A program made the position numbers and the translations under genes. This document shows positions 1 to 7,483 of a stretch of DNA of 64,000 bases, one piece after another (the stretch's first letter is position 1; every line of letters begins with the position of its first letter). Under the pieces are notes generated by a model. That model made no database searches, had not been told where the DNA came from, and saw nothing but the letters and a program-made list of their open reading frames with translations. Source of the stretch: an uncultured Thermoleophilia bacterium (GTDB taxonomy: Bacteria > Actinomycetota > Thermoleophilia > Solirubrobacterales > 70-9); contig OY970365.1 of NCBI GenBank assembly GCA_963718595.1, forward strand, positions 965,994 to 1,029,993, read 5' to 3'.

Positions 1-110
1 GCGGTGACGTTGGCGTGCTGCCCGCCCGGCCCCGAGGAGCGGCTGGTCCGCAGCTCGATCTCGGCCAGCGGAATCGCCAGATGCTCGTTGATCCGCAGCT
101 CGTCGGCCAT
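1..110 (-). CDS. arfB: ArfB/YaeJ-type peptidyl-tRNA hydrolase (ribosome rescue), N-terminal part only; the gene runs off the left edge
   Basis: Own minus-strand translation from ATG (cat 108-110): MADELRINEHLAIPLAEIELRTSRSSGPGGQHANVT... The GGQ motif lies ~30 aa from the N-terminus, as in ArfB. Absent from the ORF track because no stop lies in the window. Confidence 0.75.
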   Translation of the reverse strand, partial: MADELRINEHLAIPLAEIELRTSRSSGPGGQHANVT

Positions 111-141
111 CGGCCCAAGCTACCCGGCCAGCCCGCCGTCG

Positions 142-498
142 CTACCCGGCCAGCTCCGGGATGTGGGCCTCGAGGTGGGAGGCAATCGTCTGCCGCACCC
201 AGCGCTGGGTCTCGGCGTCGGCCATCCGGTAGCGGCCGAGCAGCAGCTTCTGGTCGTCGAGCGGCAGGCCGGCGATCTCCCAGCTCACCGCAAGGCGCTC
301 GAACAGCACCTCGGAGCGGCGCAGCCAGGCGTCCTCCAGCGAGGCGGCGGCGCTGGTCGGTGGCTCACCGATCTTCGCGATCGTGCCGGGGCTGAGCGAC
401 TGCCGCAGAGCAAGGACGTTGCCCTCCGGGTCGGTGTACTCGACGGTCGCGACCTTCTCGCGCGTGCGCCTCTTGTTTTTGTTCTTGCGCTTCGCCAT
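142..498 (-). CDS. hypothetical protein (118 aa, Lys/Arg-rich N-terminus)
   Basis: Track ORF 142..774 trimmed to the internal ATG (cat 496-498): MAKRKNKNKRRTREKVATVEYTDPEGNVLAL... Composition is normal after this Met. Upstream of it the frame is Arg/Ser/Pro-rich and overlaps the divergent arginase-family gene. No family recognised. Confidence 0.5.
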   Translation of the reverse strand: MAKRKNKNKRRTREKVATVEYTDPEGNVLALRQSLSPGTIAKIGEPPTSAAASLEDAWLRRSEVLFERLAVSWEIAGLPLDDQKLLLGRYRMADAETQRWVRQTIASHLEAHIPELAG

Positions 499-541
499 CG
501 CGCCGAGTTTGACACCAGCGGTCCTGGTTAGAGTCAGAGGA

Positions 542-1423
542 GTGGAGCCGTTTACCGTCATCGGCGTCCCGATCGACTCGGTCGGTCGCGGCGGCGGCGC
601 GGAGCTGGGACCGCTGGCGCTGCGCCAGCTCGGCCTGATCGAGGCCCTGGACGCTCGCGACGAGGGTGACCTCGCGTTGCGGATCCACGGCGAGGAGCGC
701 GATCCCGCCACCGGGATCCTCGCCAGCGACGAGGTGCTCGCCGCCACGACGGCGATCCGTGCGCGCGTCGCCAAGCTGGTCAGCCTCCGGCGCCGGCCCT
801 TGCTCCTCGGCGGCTGTTGCGCCCCGCTGCCCGGGGCGCTGGCCGGTGCCCGCGACGCGCTCGGCCCGATCGGCCTCGTCCACTTCGACGGCCACGCCGA
901 CCTCTACGACGGCGAGACCTCGACCAGCGGCGAGGCGGCCGACATGCCGGCCGCGGTCGCGCTCGGCCTCGGGCCCGAGGCCTGGGTACAGGTCGCCGGC
1001 GGCGCCTCCGTCGGCCCCCAGCACCTGGCCCTGGTCGGCTACCGCGACCGCGAGGAGTCGATCGCGGACGGGATGCGCCAGCCGGAGACGCTCGCCCCGG
1101 CACCGATCCTGCGACCCCTCGACGTCCTCCGCGCCGCCGGACCCGGCGCCGTCGCCACCGAGCTAAGCGGCCGCCTCGGCAGCGCCATCCCCTTCTGGCT
1201 GCACGTCGACGTCGACGTCCTCGACCCCGGCATCTTTCCGGCCACCGACTACCTGATGCCCGGCGGCGCCAACTGGGAGGAGGTCGCCGAAGTACTCGCA
1301 CCGCTCTTCGCCTCCCCCGCCCTGATCGGCGCCTCGATCGGTTGCTACAACCCGGAGAAGGACCCGGGCGGCAAATGCGGCGAGCAGCTGGTCGAGGTTC
1401 TGGGCGCTGCTGCGCCGGGCTAG
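542..1423 (+). CDS. arginase/agmatinase/formiminoglutamase-family ureohydrolase
   Basis: Track ORF 383..1423 trimmed to in-frame GTG 542 (VEPFTVIGVPIDS...). Ureohydrolase metal-binding blocks VHFDGHADLYD and LHVDVDVLDPG are present. Confidence 0.8.
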   Translation: MEPFTVIGVPIDSVGRGGGAELGPLALRQLGLIEALDARDEGDLALRIHGEERDPATGILASDEVLAATTAIRARVAKLVSLRRRPLLLGGCCAPLPGALAGARDALGPIGLVHFDGHADLYDGETSTSGEAADMPAAVALGLGPEAWVQVAGGASVGPQHLALVGYRDREESIADGMRQPETLAPAPILRPLDVLRAAGPGAVATELSGRLGSAIPFWLHVDVDVLDPGIFPATDYLMPGGANWEEVAEVLAPLFASPALIGASIGCYNPEKDPGGKCGEQLVEVLGAAAPG

Positions 1424-1432
1424 ATCTGAATG

Positions 1433-2119
1433 CTTCGGGGGGGTTGGTGAGAGGGGTTGGGGGTCTCTCGTGCTCGCTGGATTTTTCGCCCGGACTCTCG
1501 GATAGCTCTAAGACACGGACAAGCGAAAAATTAACGCCGCTGTGCGCGAGAGACCCCCAACCCCTCCCCTCAGAGCACCTCGAAGATTCCGCTAGCTCCC
1601 AGGGTTCGATCGTTTGCAGTTTGGATCGCTCAAGGGTTCGCTCGTTTGCTCTTGAGATCGCTCCAGGGTTCGCTCGTCTGCCGGGAGAGATCGAGCCCGC
1701 TCCCAGCTGGTGAGTTGCCGGTTAGTTCCGCATAGCGGTAACAACCGGCAACTCGTGAAGGAGGTTTTTGGATGAACCTTGGGGCGGATTGGGCCCTCGG
1801 CTTTCTCTTGAGAGGAGATTGCGTCCCTTGGTCGTCTATCTAGAGAGATTCCGTCCCTTGGCGTCTCTTTGCAGAGATGCCGGACCCTGGGCGTCCCTGT
1901 CTAGGGATCACGGACCCTGGTCCGTTCGTCAGCTTCGAGATGGTCCCGGTTCGCGAGGGACGGTGGGGGTGTCCTCCGTACGAGCGGCGTTAATTTTTCG
2001 CTCGTCCGTTCTCGAGAGCTTGCTGTTGTTCGGGGCGAAAAATCCAGCGAGGGAGGAGGACACCCCCACCGTCCCTCCCGGCCCGAGGGCCGGGGAGAAG
2101 TGCAGCGGCCCGAGGTTGG
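1433..2119 (+). repeat. ~690-bp non-coding composite palindromic repeat, copy 1
   Basis: Near-identical over long stretches to 42340-43055 in the same orientation. Internal parts: hairpin 1451-1566, three forward CCAGGGTTCG-type units (1599, 1631, 1663), central hairpin 1712-1754, four reverse units (ending 1831, 1861, 1890, 1920), hairpin 1955-2077. Confidence 0.9.
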
Positions 2120-2152
2120 GGGGATGCGGCGGCCCGAGGTGCGCTCGCTACC

Positions 2153-2428
2153 TCAAAGCGCCTCGATCTTCGCCGCCAGCTCGAAGTCCGACGCCGTCAG
2201 GCCGCCCTCGGAGTGACTCGACAGCGAGACGGTCACCTCGTCCCAGGAGATCTCGAGATCGGGATGGTGGTTCATCTCCTCGGCCGGCGCGACCAGCTTG
2301 TCGACGAAGGCGACCGAGCCGACGAAGTCGCCGCAGGCGAACTCTTTGACGATCGCCTCGCCCGCGCGGCTCCAGCCGGGCAGGTCGGCGAGCTTGGACT
2401 CGATCTCCGCGTCGCTGAGCAGTGCCAT
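2153..2428 (-). CDS. pterin-4-alpha-carbinolamine dehydratase (PCD/DCoH family)
   Basis: 91-aa ORF MALLSDAEIESKLADLPGWSRAGEAIVKEF...EEMNHHPDLEISWDEVTVSLSSH. Size and the NHHPD/W..V block are typical of PCD. Confidence 0.9.
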   Translation of the reverse strand: MALLSDAEIESKLADLPGWSRAGEAIVKEFACGDFVGSVAFVDKLVAPAEEMNHHPDLEISWDEVTVSLSSHSEGGLTASDFELAAKIEAL

Positions 2429-2451
2429 CGCCGTATGCTCCCAGGCCAGGG

Positions 2452-3249
2452 ATGAGGGCGCAATCTGGAGATTCGAGGCCGGTTCTCTGGCAGCTCGTGA
2501 TCTCGCACTACAGCGAGAAGGTTCGCTGGGCGCTCGAGTACAAGGGCGTCGACCACATCCGCCGCTCGCCCTTCCCGGGAATGCACATCCCGATCGCGCT
2601 CTGGCTCAGCGGCGGCGAGAGCTTCACCTTCCCGCTCCTCCAGCTCGACGGCCGCACGATCGCCGACTCGACCGCGGCGATCGCGGCCCTGGAGGAGCTG
2701 GCGCCCGAGCCGGCCCTCTACCCCGCCGATCCCGAGCTGCGGCGCCGCGCCCTCGCGCTCGAGGACTACTTCGACGAGGAGCTCGGCCCCCACGCCCGGC
2801 TGCTGCCGTTCCACGAGCTGCTCGGCGACCCGGAGCTGTTCGGCGAGCTGGCAGCGCAGGCGATCCCGGGTCCGCTCGGCAACGCCAAGCGAACGATCAG
2901 CTTCTACGCCCGCAACTACACCCGCCTGCGCTTCGGGACCGGCAGCGAGGAGGCCGCCATGCGGGCGCGGGCCGGGATCGTCGGCGCGATGGAACGGCTC
3001 GAGGAGGAGTTGGAGGCGAGCGGAGGCGAGTATCTGGTCGGCGGGAGCTTCAGCGTCGCCGACCTCACCGCCGCCTCGCTCTTCTATCCCGTGGTCGGGC
3101 CCGAGGGCGGCCCGTTGCCCGTTGACCAGCCGCTCCCCGCCGGGCTCGAAGAGTTCCGCTCAGAACTCCGCCACCGCCCCGGCTTCGCCTGGGTCGAGCA
3201 GACCTTTCTTCGCCACCGCGGCCCGCGGCCGACGGGCACCGCTGTCTAG
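2452..3249 (+). CDS. glutathione S-transferase family protein
   Basis: Track ORF 2422..3249. ATG 2452 is preferred because it avoids overlap with the divergent PCD start. Thioredoxin-like N-domain (LWQLVISHYSEKVRWALEYKGV...PLLQLDGRTIADS) and helical C-domain (GGSFSVADLTAASLFYP). Confidence 0.8.
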   Translation: MRAQSGDSRPVLWQLVISHYSEKVRWALEYKGVDHIRRSPFPGMHIPIALWLSGGESFTFPLLQLDGRTIADSTAAIAALEELAPEPALYPADPELRRRALALEDYFDEELGPHARLLPFHELLGDPELFGELAAQAIPGPLGNAKRTISFYARNYTRLRFGTGSEEAAMRARAGIVGAMERLEEELEASGGEYLVGGSFSVADLTAASLFYPVVGPEGGPLPVDQPLPAGLEEFRSELRHRPGFAWVEQTFLRHRGPRPTGTAV

Positions 3250-4284
3250 CTACGGGGTCATCACGATCTTCAACGCTTCTCGGGCGTCGTACATCGCATA
3301 GGCCTCGGGGGCCTGGTCGAGCGTCATGTGGTGGCTGACCAGCGGCGCCGGGTCGAGCTTGCCGGTCTCCAGCAGGTCGAGGACGTGGTCGACGTGGGCG
3401 ATCACGTTGGCGACGCCGAAGCGCAGCGAGAGGCCCTTCAGCCAGGCCAGGCCCAGGGGGATCTCGACCCGCCCCGCGTAGGCGCCGATCCCGGAGACGG
3501 TGCCGACGTCGCGGCAGAGGCTGACCGCCAGCGCCAGCGGCTCCGGAGCGCCGACCGCGTCGACGGCGACGTCGACGCCGGCGCCGCCGGTACCCGCACG
3601 GACTTCCTTCTTCACGTCCTGCTCGGTCAGGTGCAGCGGCGTCGCCCCGAAGGAGGCGGCCATCGCCAGCCGCTCCTCGACGGTGTCGACGGCGAAGACG
3701 CGGACGGCGCCGGCGGCGAGCGCGCACTGGACCGCACAGAGCCCGACCGGCCCGAGGCCGAGCACGGCAACCGTGTCGCCGGACTTCATCTCGCCGTAGG
3801 AGATCGCGTGGAAGGCGGTGCCCATCACGTCGCCGGCGAAGAGGGCGACGTCGGAGCTGACCGAGTCGGGGACCCGGCGCAGGGTCAAGTTGGCGCGGGG
3901 CACCAGCAGCCGCTCGGCCTGGGCGCCCTGGAGGTTGCCGAGGTTGGTGCCGTGGCCGAAGGTCTGGCCGTTGGTGCAGCGGTGGTAGTCGCCGCGCAGA
4001 CAGGGCGTGCAGGTGGCGCAGGCGGTGTGGAAGCAGCCGACCACGCGGTCGCCGACGGCGACCCGGTTGACGCCGTCCCCGACCGCGAGCACCGTGCCGA
4101 CGAACTCATGGCCGATCGTGAATCCCGGCTCGACCGGGAATCGACCGTGGTAGATGTGGAGGTCCGAGCCGCAGACGGCGCTGGTCTCGACCGCGACGAT
4201 CGCATCGTCGCCGGCGGCCAGCTCCGGCTCCGGTCGCTCCTCGACGCTGACCTGCTCGGGCCCCTGGAAGGTGACGGCGCGCAT
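3250..4284 (-). CDS. zinc-dependent alcohol/formaldehyde dehydrogenase (MDR family)
   Basis: 344 aa. Catalytic-zinc block SAVCGSDLHIYHG...GHEFVG, structural-zinc Cys cluster CATCTPCLRGDYHRC, Rossmann motif VLGLGPVG. Confidence 0.9.
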   Translation of the reverse strand: MRAVTFQGPEQVSVEERPEPELAAGDDAIVAVETSAVCGSDLHIYHGRFPVEPGFTIGHEFVGTVLAVGDGVNRVAVGDRVVGCFHTACATCTPCLRGDYHRCTNGQTFGHGTNLGNLQGAQAERLLVPRANLTLRRVPDSVSSDVALFAGDVMGTAFHAISYGEMKSGDTVAVLGLGPVGLCAVQCALAAGAVRVFAVDTVEERLAMAASFGATPLHLTEQDVKKEVRAGTGGAGVDVAVDAVGAPEPLALAVSLCRDVGTVSGIGAYAGRVEIPLGLAWLKGLSLRFGVANVIAHVDHVLDLLETGKLDPAPLVSHHMTLDQAPEAYAMYDAREALKIVMTP

Positions 4285-4317
4285 GGGCGCAACCGTATCG
4301 CTCCGGGCGCGGTTGCT

Positions 4318-5721
4318 CTAGACGCTGACGCCGGCGACTTGGAAGCGGCTCTGACCGTCGCCGTCGGGGCTGGCGGTCTCGGCGATCCGCGATTCCAGCG
4401 CCAGCTCCTTCTCGAAGTCCGCCGCCTCGCCGTGCTGGAAGGAGACGTCTTTGCCCTCGAGCAGCTCGATGAAGACCTCGACGAAGCGGGCGTCGAGCTG
4501 TTTGCCGGCAACCCGCCGCAGCTCGACGATCGCGTCGTAGCTCGACATCGGCGTCCGGTAGGAGTCGCGGGCAGTCATCACGTCGTAGGTGTCGGCGACG
4601 GAGATGATCCGCGAGAGCTCCGGAATGTCGTCCCCGGCGAGACCGCGCGGATAGCCTTTGCCGTCGATCCGCTCGTGGTGGGCGAGGATGATCTCCGCCA
4701 CCGGGCCATAGCCGTCGAGCGAGGAGACGACGCGGGCGCCCTGCTGGGGGTGGCGCTTGATCAGCATCCAGTCCTCGTCGGTGAGCGGCACGTTGGCCTT
4801 GAGGATGCGGTCGGGAAGGATGAACTTGCCGATGTCGTGCAGCAGCGCGGCAATGTGGACGAGCTCCTCCTCGCGGCGCGAGAAGCCGGCGCGCTGGGCG
4901 ATCGCTCTCGAATAACGGGCGACGGCGGCGGAGTGGCGCGCGGTCATCTGGTCGCGCAGATCGAGGGTGCGCAGCATCGCGCTCAACATCCCGACCTGGA
5001 AGCTGGCCAGCTGCTTGGAGCGCAGCTCCAGTTCCTCGGCCCGCTGCTGAGAGAGCAGCAGCTGACCGAGCAGGTACTGGAAGGTGATCAAGACGACACC
5101 GAAGAGGGCGATCGCCGCGATTCCGATCACGTGGTAGATGAAGGCGACGGCGATCGCCATCATCGCGCTGGCGAACTCGGAGGGCAGGACCGGCGGCAGC
5201 ACCTTCAGCTTCTCGCTGAAGCGGACCCGCTCCAGGTAGGCGCCATAGCCGGCGGTCATCGCGAAGTTGATCGCGAGCACGATCTGGAACAGCGCGAAGA
5301 CGAGCACGTAGAAGATCGGCTCGCCGGCGTCGATCCCGGCTCGCTCGGTCACCTCCATGAAGCCGAGGCCGCCGATCAGCGGGAAGGCGGCGTAGGTGAC
5401 CAGGTTGTTGAGCAGGTCGTGCGGGGCGTCGCGCCAGCGCAGCCACCCGATCGTGATCGTCATCACCCCCAGCAGCGCCGCCGGGGTGCCGCCGAGGAAG
5501 ACCATCGCCAGGACCAGGGCGAGGAAGCTGCCGGAGATCTTGATCTGGGCGTTGGTGGTAATCGCCGTCAGGTCACTGAAGGCGGCGAAGGCAAAGAGGA
5601 CCAGCAGCAGGCCGAAGTTCCAGTTGCCCTGCGGCGCCTCGACGATGGCGACGCCGACGACGACGACCAGCGCCACCGCCTGAAGGGCGATTACTCTCGG
5701 GGTGGGGCGATCGGCGGGCAT
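4318..5721 (-). CDS. membrane-anchored HD-GYP domain protein (probable c-di-GMP phosphodiesterase)
   Basis: 467 aa. About 7 hydrophobic segments at the N-terminus, then HSAAVARY...LLHDIGK...HHERIDGKGYP (HD and GYP signatures). Confidence 0.85.
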   Translation of the reverse strand: MPADRPTPRVIALQAVALVVVVGVAIVEAPQGNWNFGLLLVLFAFAAFSDLTAITTNAQIKISGSFLALVLAMVFLGGTPAALLGVMTITIGWLRWRDAPHDLLNNLVTYAAFPLIGGLGFMEVTERAGIDAGEPIFYVLVFALFQIVLAINFAMTAGYGAYLERVRFSEKLKVLPPVLPSEFASAMMAIAVAFIYHVIGIAAIALFGVVLITFQYLLGQLLLSQQRAEELELRSKQLASFQVGMLSAMLRTLDLRDQMTARHSAAVARYSRAIAQRAGFSRREEELVHIAALLHDIGKFILPDRILKANVPLTDEDWMLIKRHPQQGARVVSSLDGYGPVAEIILAHHERIDGKGYPRGLAGDDIPELSRIISVADTYDVMTARDSYRTPMSSYDAIVELRRVAGKQLDARFVEVFIELLEGKDVSFQHGEAADFEKELALESRIAETASPDGDGQSRFQVAGVSV

Positions 5722-6115
5722 GTCTTGGCTATCGGCAAATAGGTCGAGAAACCGGATTGGCTCCGGATTCCCCGACCAGCGAGCGTTCCCTGCGTTTGGC
5801 AGAAATCGCTCGCTAAATGGACTGGTAAGAAGACGTTAGCGCCGACATGTACTCCGAATGGCAACAAATCGGCAGATATTCCAGGGGGAAAGCGATCTTG
5901 CAGAGCCCCCACAGACCCCAGAACGCGCGAAAGGCGCCCTTGCGGACGCCCTTCGAAACTGCCTGGCGAAGCTTTTGAAGCTTCGCTCTTCAAGTCAAAT
6001 TAGCGACGGAAACCCATTTTGCCTGCTCCCTTCGTATGGATTTGAAGCCCTTAGACCTGTGCGTGGTCCTTCGAAACTCATGCATTTCCTGGGTGGATTT
6101 GTAGCACAACTTTCC

Positions 6116-6155
6116 GGAATCTTGTGCATCTGCAGGAAATCTTGTGCAGATATCG
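6116..6155 (+). promoter_or_regulatory. direct repeat GGAA(A)TCTTGTGCA x2 just upstream of the MFS gene (possible operator/promoter element)
   Basis: Sequence ggaatcttgtgcatctgcaggaaatcttgtgcagatatc ends 21 nt before the ATG at 6176. It lies in an unusually AT-rich 454-bp divergent intergenic region. Confidence 0.3.
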
Positions 6156-6175
6156 ATTAGGACATAGAGCCAGCC

Positions 6176-7483
6176 ATGCCTAATTCAGGACTCAGCGCGC
6201 CCCTGCGCAGACCCCTTTTTCGGCGCCTGGCCGCGACTTACGCGATCAACGAGCTCGGCGATTGGATGGGTCTGATCGCGCTCTCGGTGCTGGTCTACGA
6301 CGAAACCGGGAGCGCGCTGGCGACGGCGGCCCTGTTCATCGGGACGGGATTCCTGCCGGCGATCCTGGCCCCGATCCTGGTCGCCCGGGTCGAGATCCCC
6401 TCCCCCCGCTACGCGCTGCCGGTCCTCTACTGCGCCGAGGCGGCGGTCTTCGGCGGCCTCGCCCTGCTGGCGCTGAACTTCTCGCTGGCCGGCGTCATCG
6501 TCCTCGCCGCGATCGACGGCGCCCTGATGCTCGCCGCCCGCTCGCTCACCCGGGCCGTCGCCGCCTCCCTGCTCGAGCCCTCCGGCGAGCTGCGCGCCGG
6601 CAACGCGATCCTCAACGTCGCCTTCACCGGCGGCGCCGCGCTCGGGCCCGCCTTCGCCGGCCTGATCGTCGCCGGCTTCGGGGTGCCGACCGCGCTGCTG
6701 CTCGACGCGCTCTCCTTCTATGCGATCGCCTGGATCCTCTTCACCGCCGGCGAGATGCCGCGGGCCGAGCCCGAGCCGGGCCACCTGCGCGAGCGCGTGC
6801 GGGCGGGGATTGCCTACATCCGCGAAAAGCGCACCCTGCGCAACCTGCTGCTCGCGCAGGGAGCTGCCTTCGTCTTCTTCGCGGCGGTGATCCCGGTCGA
6901 GGTGATCTACGCCAAGGAGACGCTCGGCGCCGGCGACGCCGGCTACGGCCTGATGCTGGCGGCCTGGGGGGCCGGGATGGTGATCGGCAGCGTCGTCTTC
7001 GCCGCCGTGCGCAAAGCCTCGCTCGCCCTGCTGCTCCTCTTCAGCACGCTCGCGGTCGGCGCCGGCTACCTCGGGCTGGCCGTCGCGCCGACCCTGGCGC
7101 TGGCCTGTGTCGCCTCCGTGCTCGGCGGCACCGGCAACGGCGTCCAGTGGGTGACCGCGGTCAGCGCCGTCCAGGAGCTGACGGTTCCGGGCATGCAGGC
7201 GCGGGTGATGAGCGTGCTGGAGTCGATCGGTGCGGCGACCCCCGGCGTCGGCTTCGCGCTCGGCGGCTTGATCGCCGCCCTGGTCAGCCCCCGAGCCGCG
7301 TTCCTGGTTGCCGGGCTGGGGGTATTCGCGATCGTCCTTCTGGCAGTCCCGGCCCTTGGTCGCAACTGGTCCACACCAGTTGAGACGATTGATTCACATC
7401 AGCTTGACGGGGGTAACGACGTTGTGCTGGAGTTGATTCCAGGAGGCTCGCCAATCCAGAGAGACCGGGAGGTCCAGCTGTGA
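6176..7483 (+). CDS. MFS transporter
   Basis: 435 aa, about 12 hydrophobic helices. N-terminus LFRRLAATYAINELGDWMGLIALSVLVY is typical of the MFS_3/EntS-like group. Confidence 0.85.
   Translation: MPNSGLSAPLRRPLFRRLAATYAINELGDWMGLIALSVLVYDETGSALATAALFIGTGFLPAILAPILVARVEIPSPRYALPVLYCAEAAVFGGLALLALNFSLAGVIVLAAIDGALMLAARSLTRAVAASLLEPSGELRAGNAILNVAFTGGAALGPAFAGLIVAGFGVPTALLLDALSFYAIAWILFTAGEMPRAEPEPGHLRERVRAGIAYIREKRTLRNLLLAQGAAFVFFAAVIPVEVIYAKETLGAGDAGYGLMLAAWGAGMVIGSVVFAAVRKASLALLLLFSTLAVGAGYLGLAVAPTLALACVASVLGGTGNGVQWVTAVSAVQELTVPGMQARVMSVLESIGAATPGVGFALGGLIAALVSPRAAFLVAGLGVFAIVLLAVPALGRNWSTPVETIDSHQLDGGNDVVLELIPGGSPIQRDREVQL

Noticed and set aside
1599-1920. Possible CRISPR array, suggested by ~30-nt periodic units.
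   Set aside because: The units are contiguous, with no unique spacers between invariant repeats. The two arrays are in inverted orientation, only 3-5 units are present, and no cas genes are in the window.
1768-2349. ORFs inside the 0.7-kb repeats (1768..2349 and 42616..43905), and a strong SD-like gaaggagg plus ATG (1776-1778 in copy 1, 42676-42678 in copy 2) after the central hairpin.
   Set aside because: Between the two copies small indels shift the reading frame back and forth. For example, ...LDEPWGGLGPRLSLERRLRPLVVYLERF in copy 1 corresponds to ...LDEPWADWALGLPLEREIASLVVYLERF in copy 2. Identical downstream nucleotides are also read in different frames. Conservation is at the DNA level, not the protein level.
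3328-5742. Very long ORFs such as 3328..5742 (+, 804 aa), 7399..9114 (-), 25214..26770 (-), 38403..40397 (+), 48869..50989 (+), 51948..55154 (+) and 58079..60142 (+), plus many 100-400-aa ORFs antisense to or out of frame with the called genes.
   Set aside because: Their translations are Arg/Gly/Ala/Pro/Asp-rich low-complexity strings with no motifs. They exactly shadow genes that have clear family signatures. This is the usual stop-codon-poor alternative-frame artefact of ~70% GC DNA.
5722-5830. c-di-GMP riboswitch in the leader of the HD-GYP gene.
   Set aside because: Only a generic hairpin is present. I could not recognise the GEMM-I or GEMM-II conserved cores, so no call is made.
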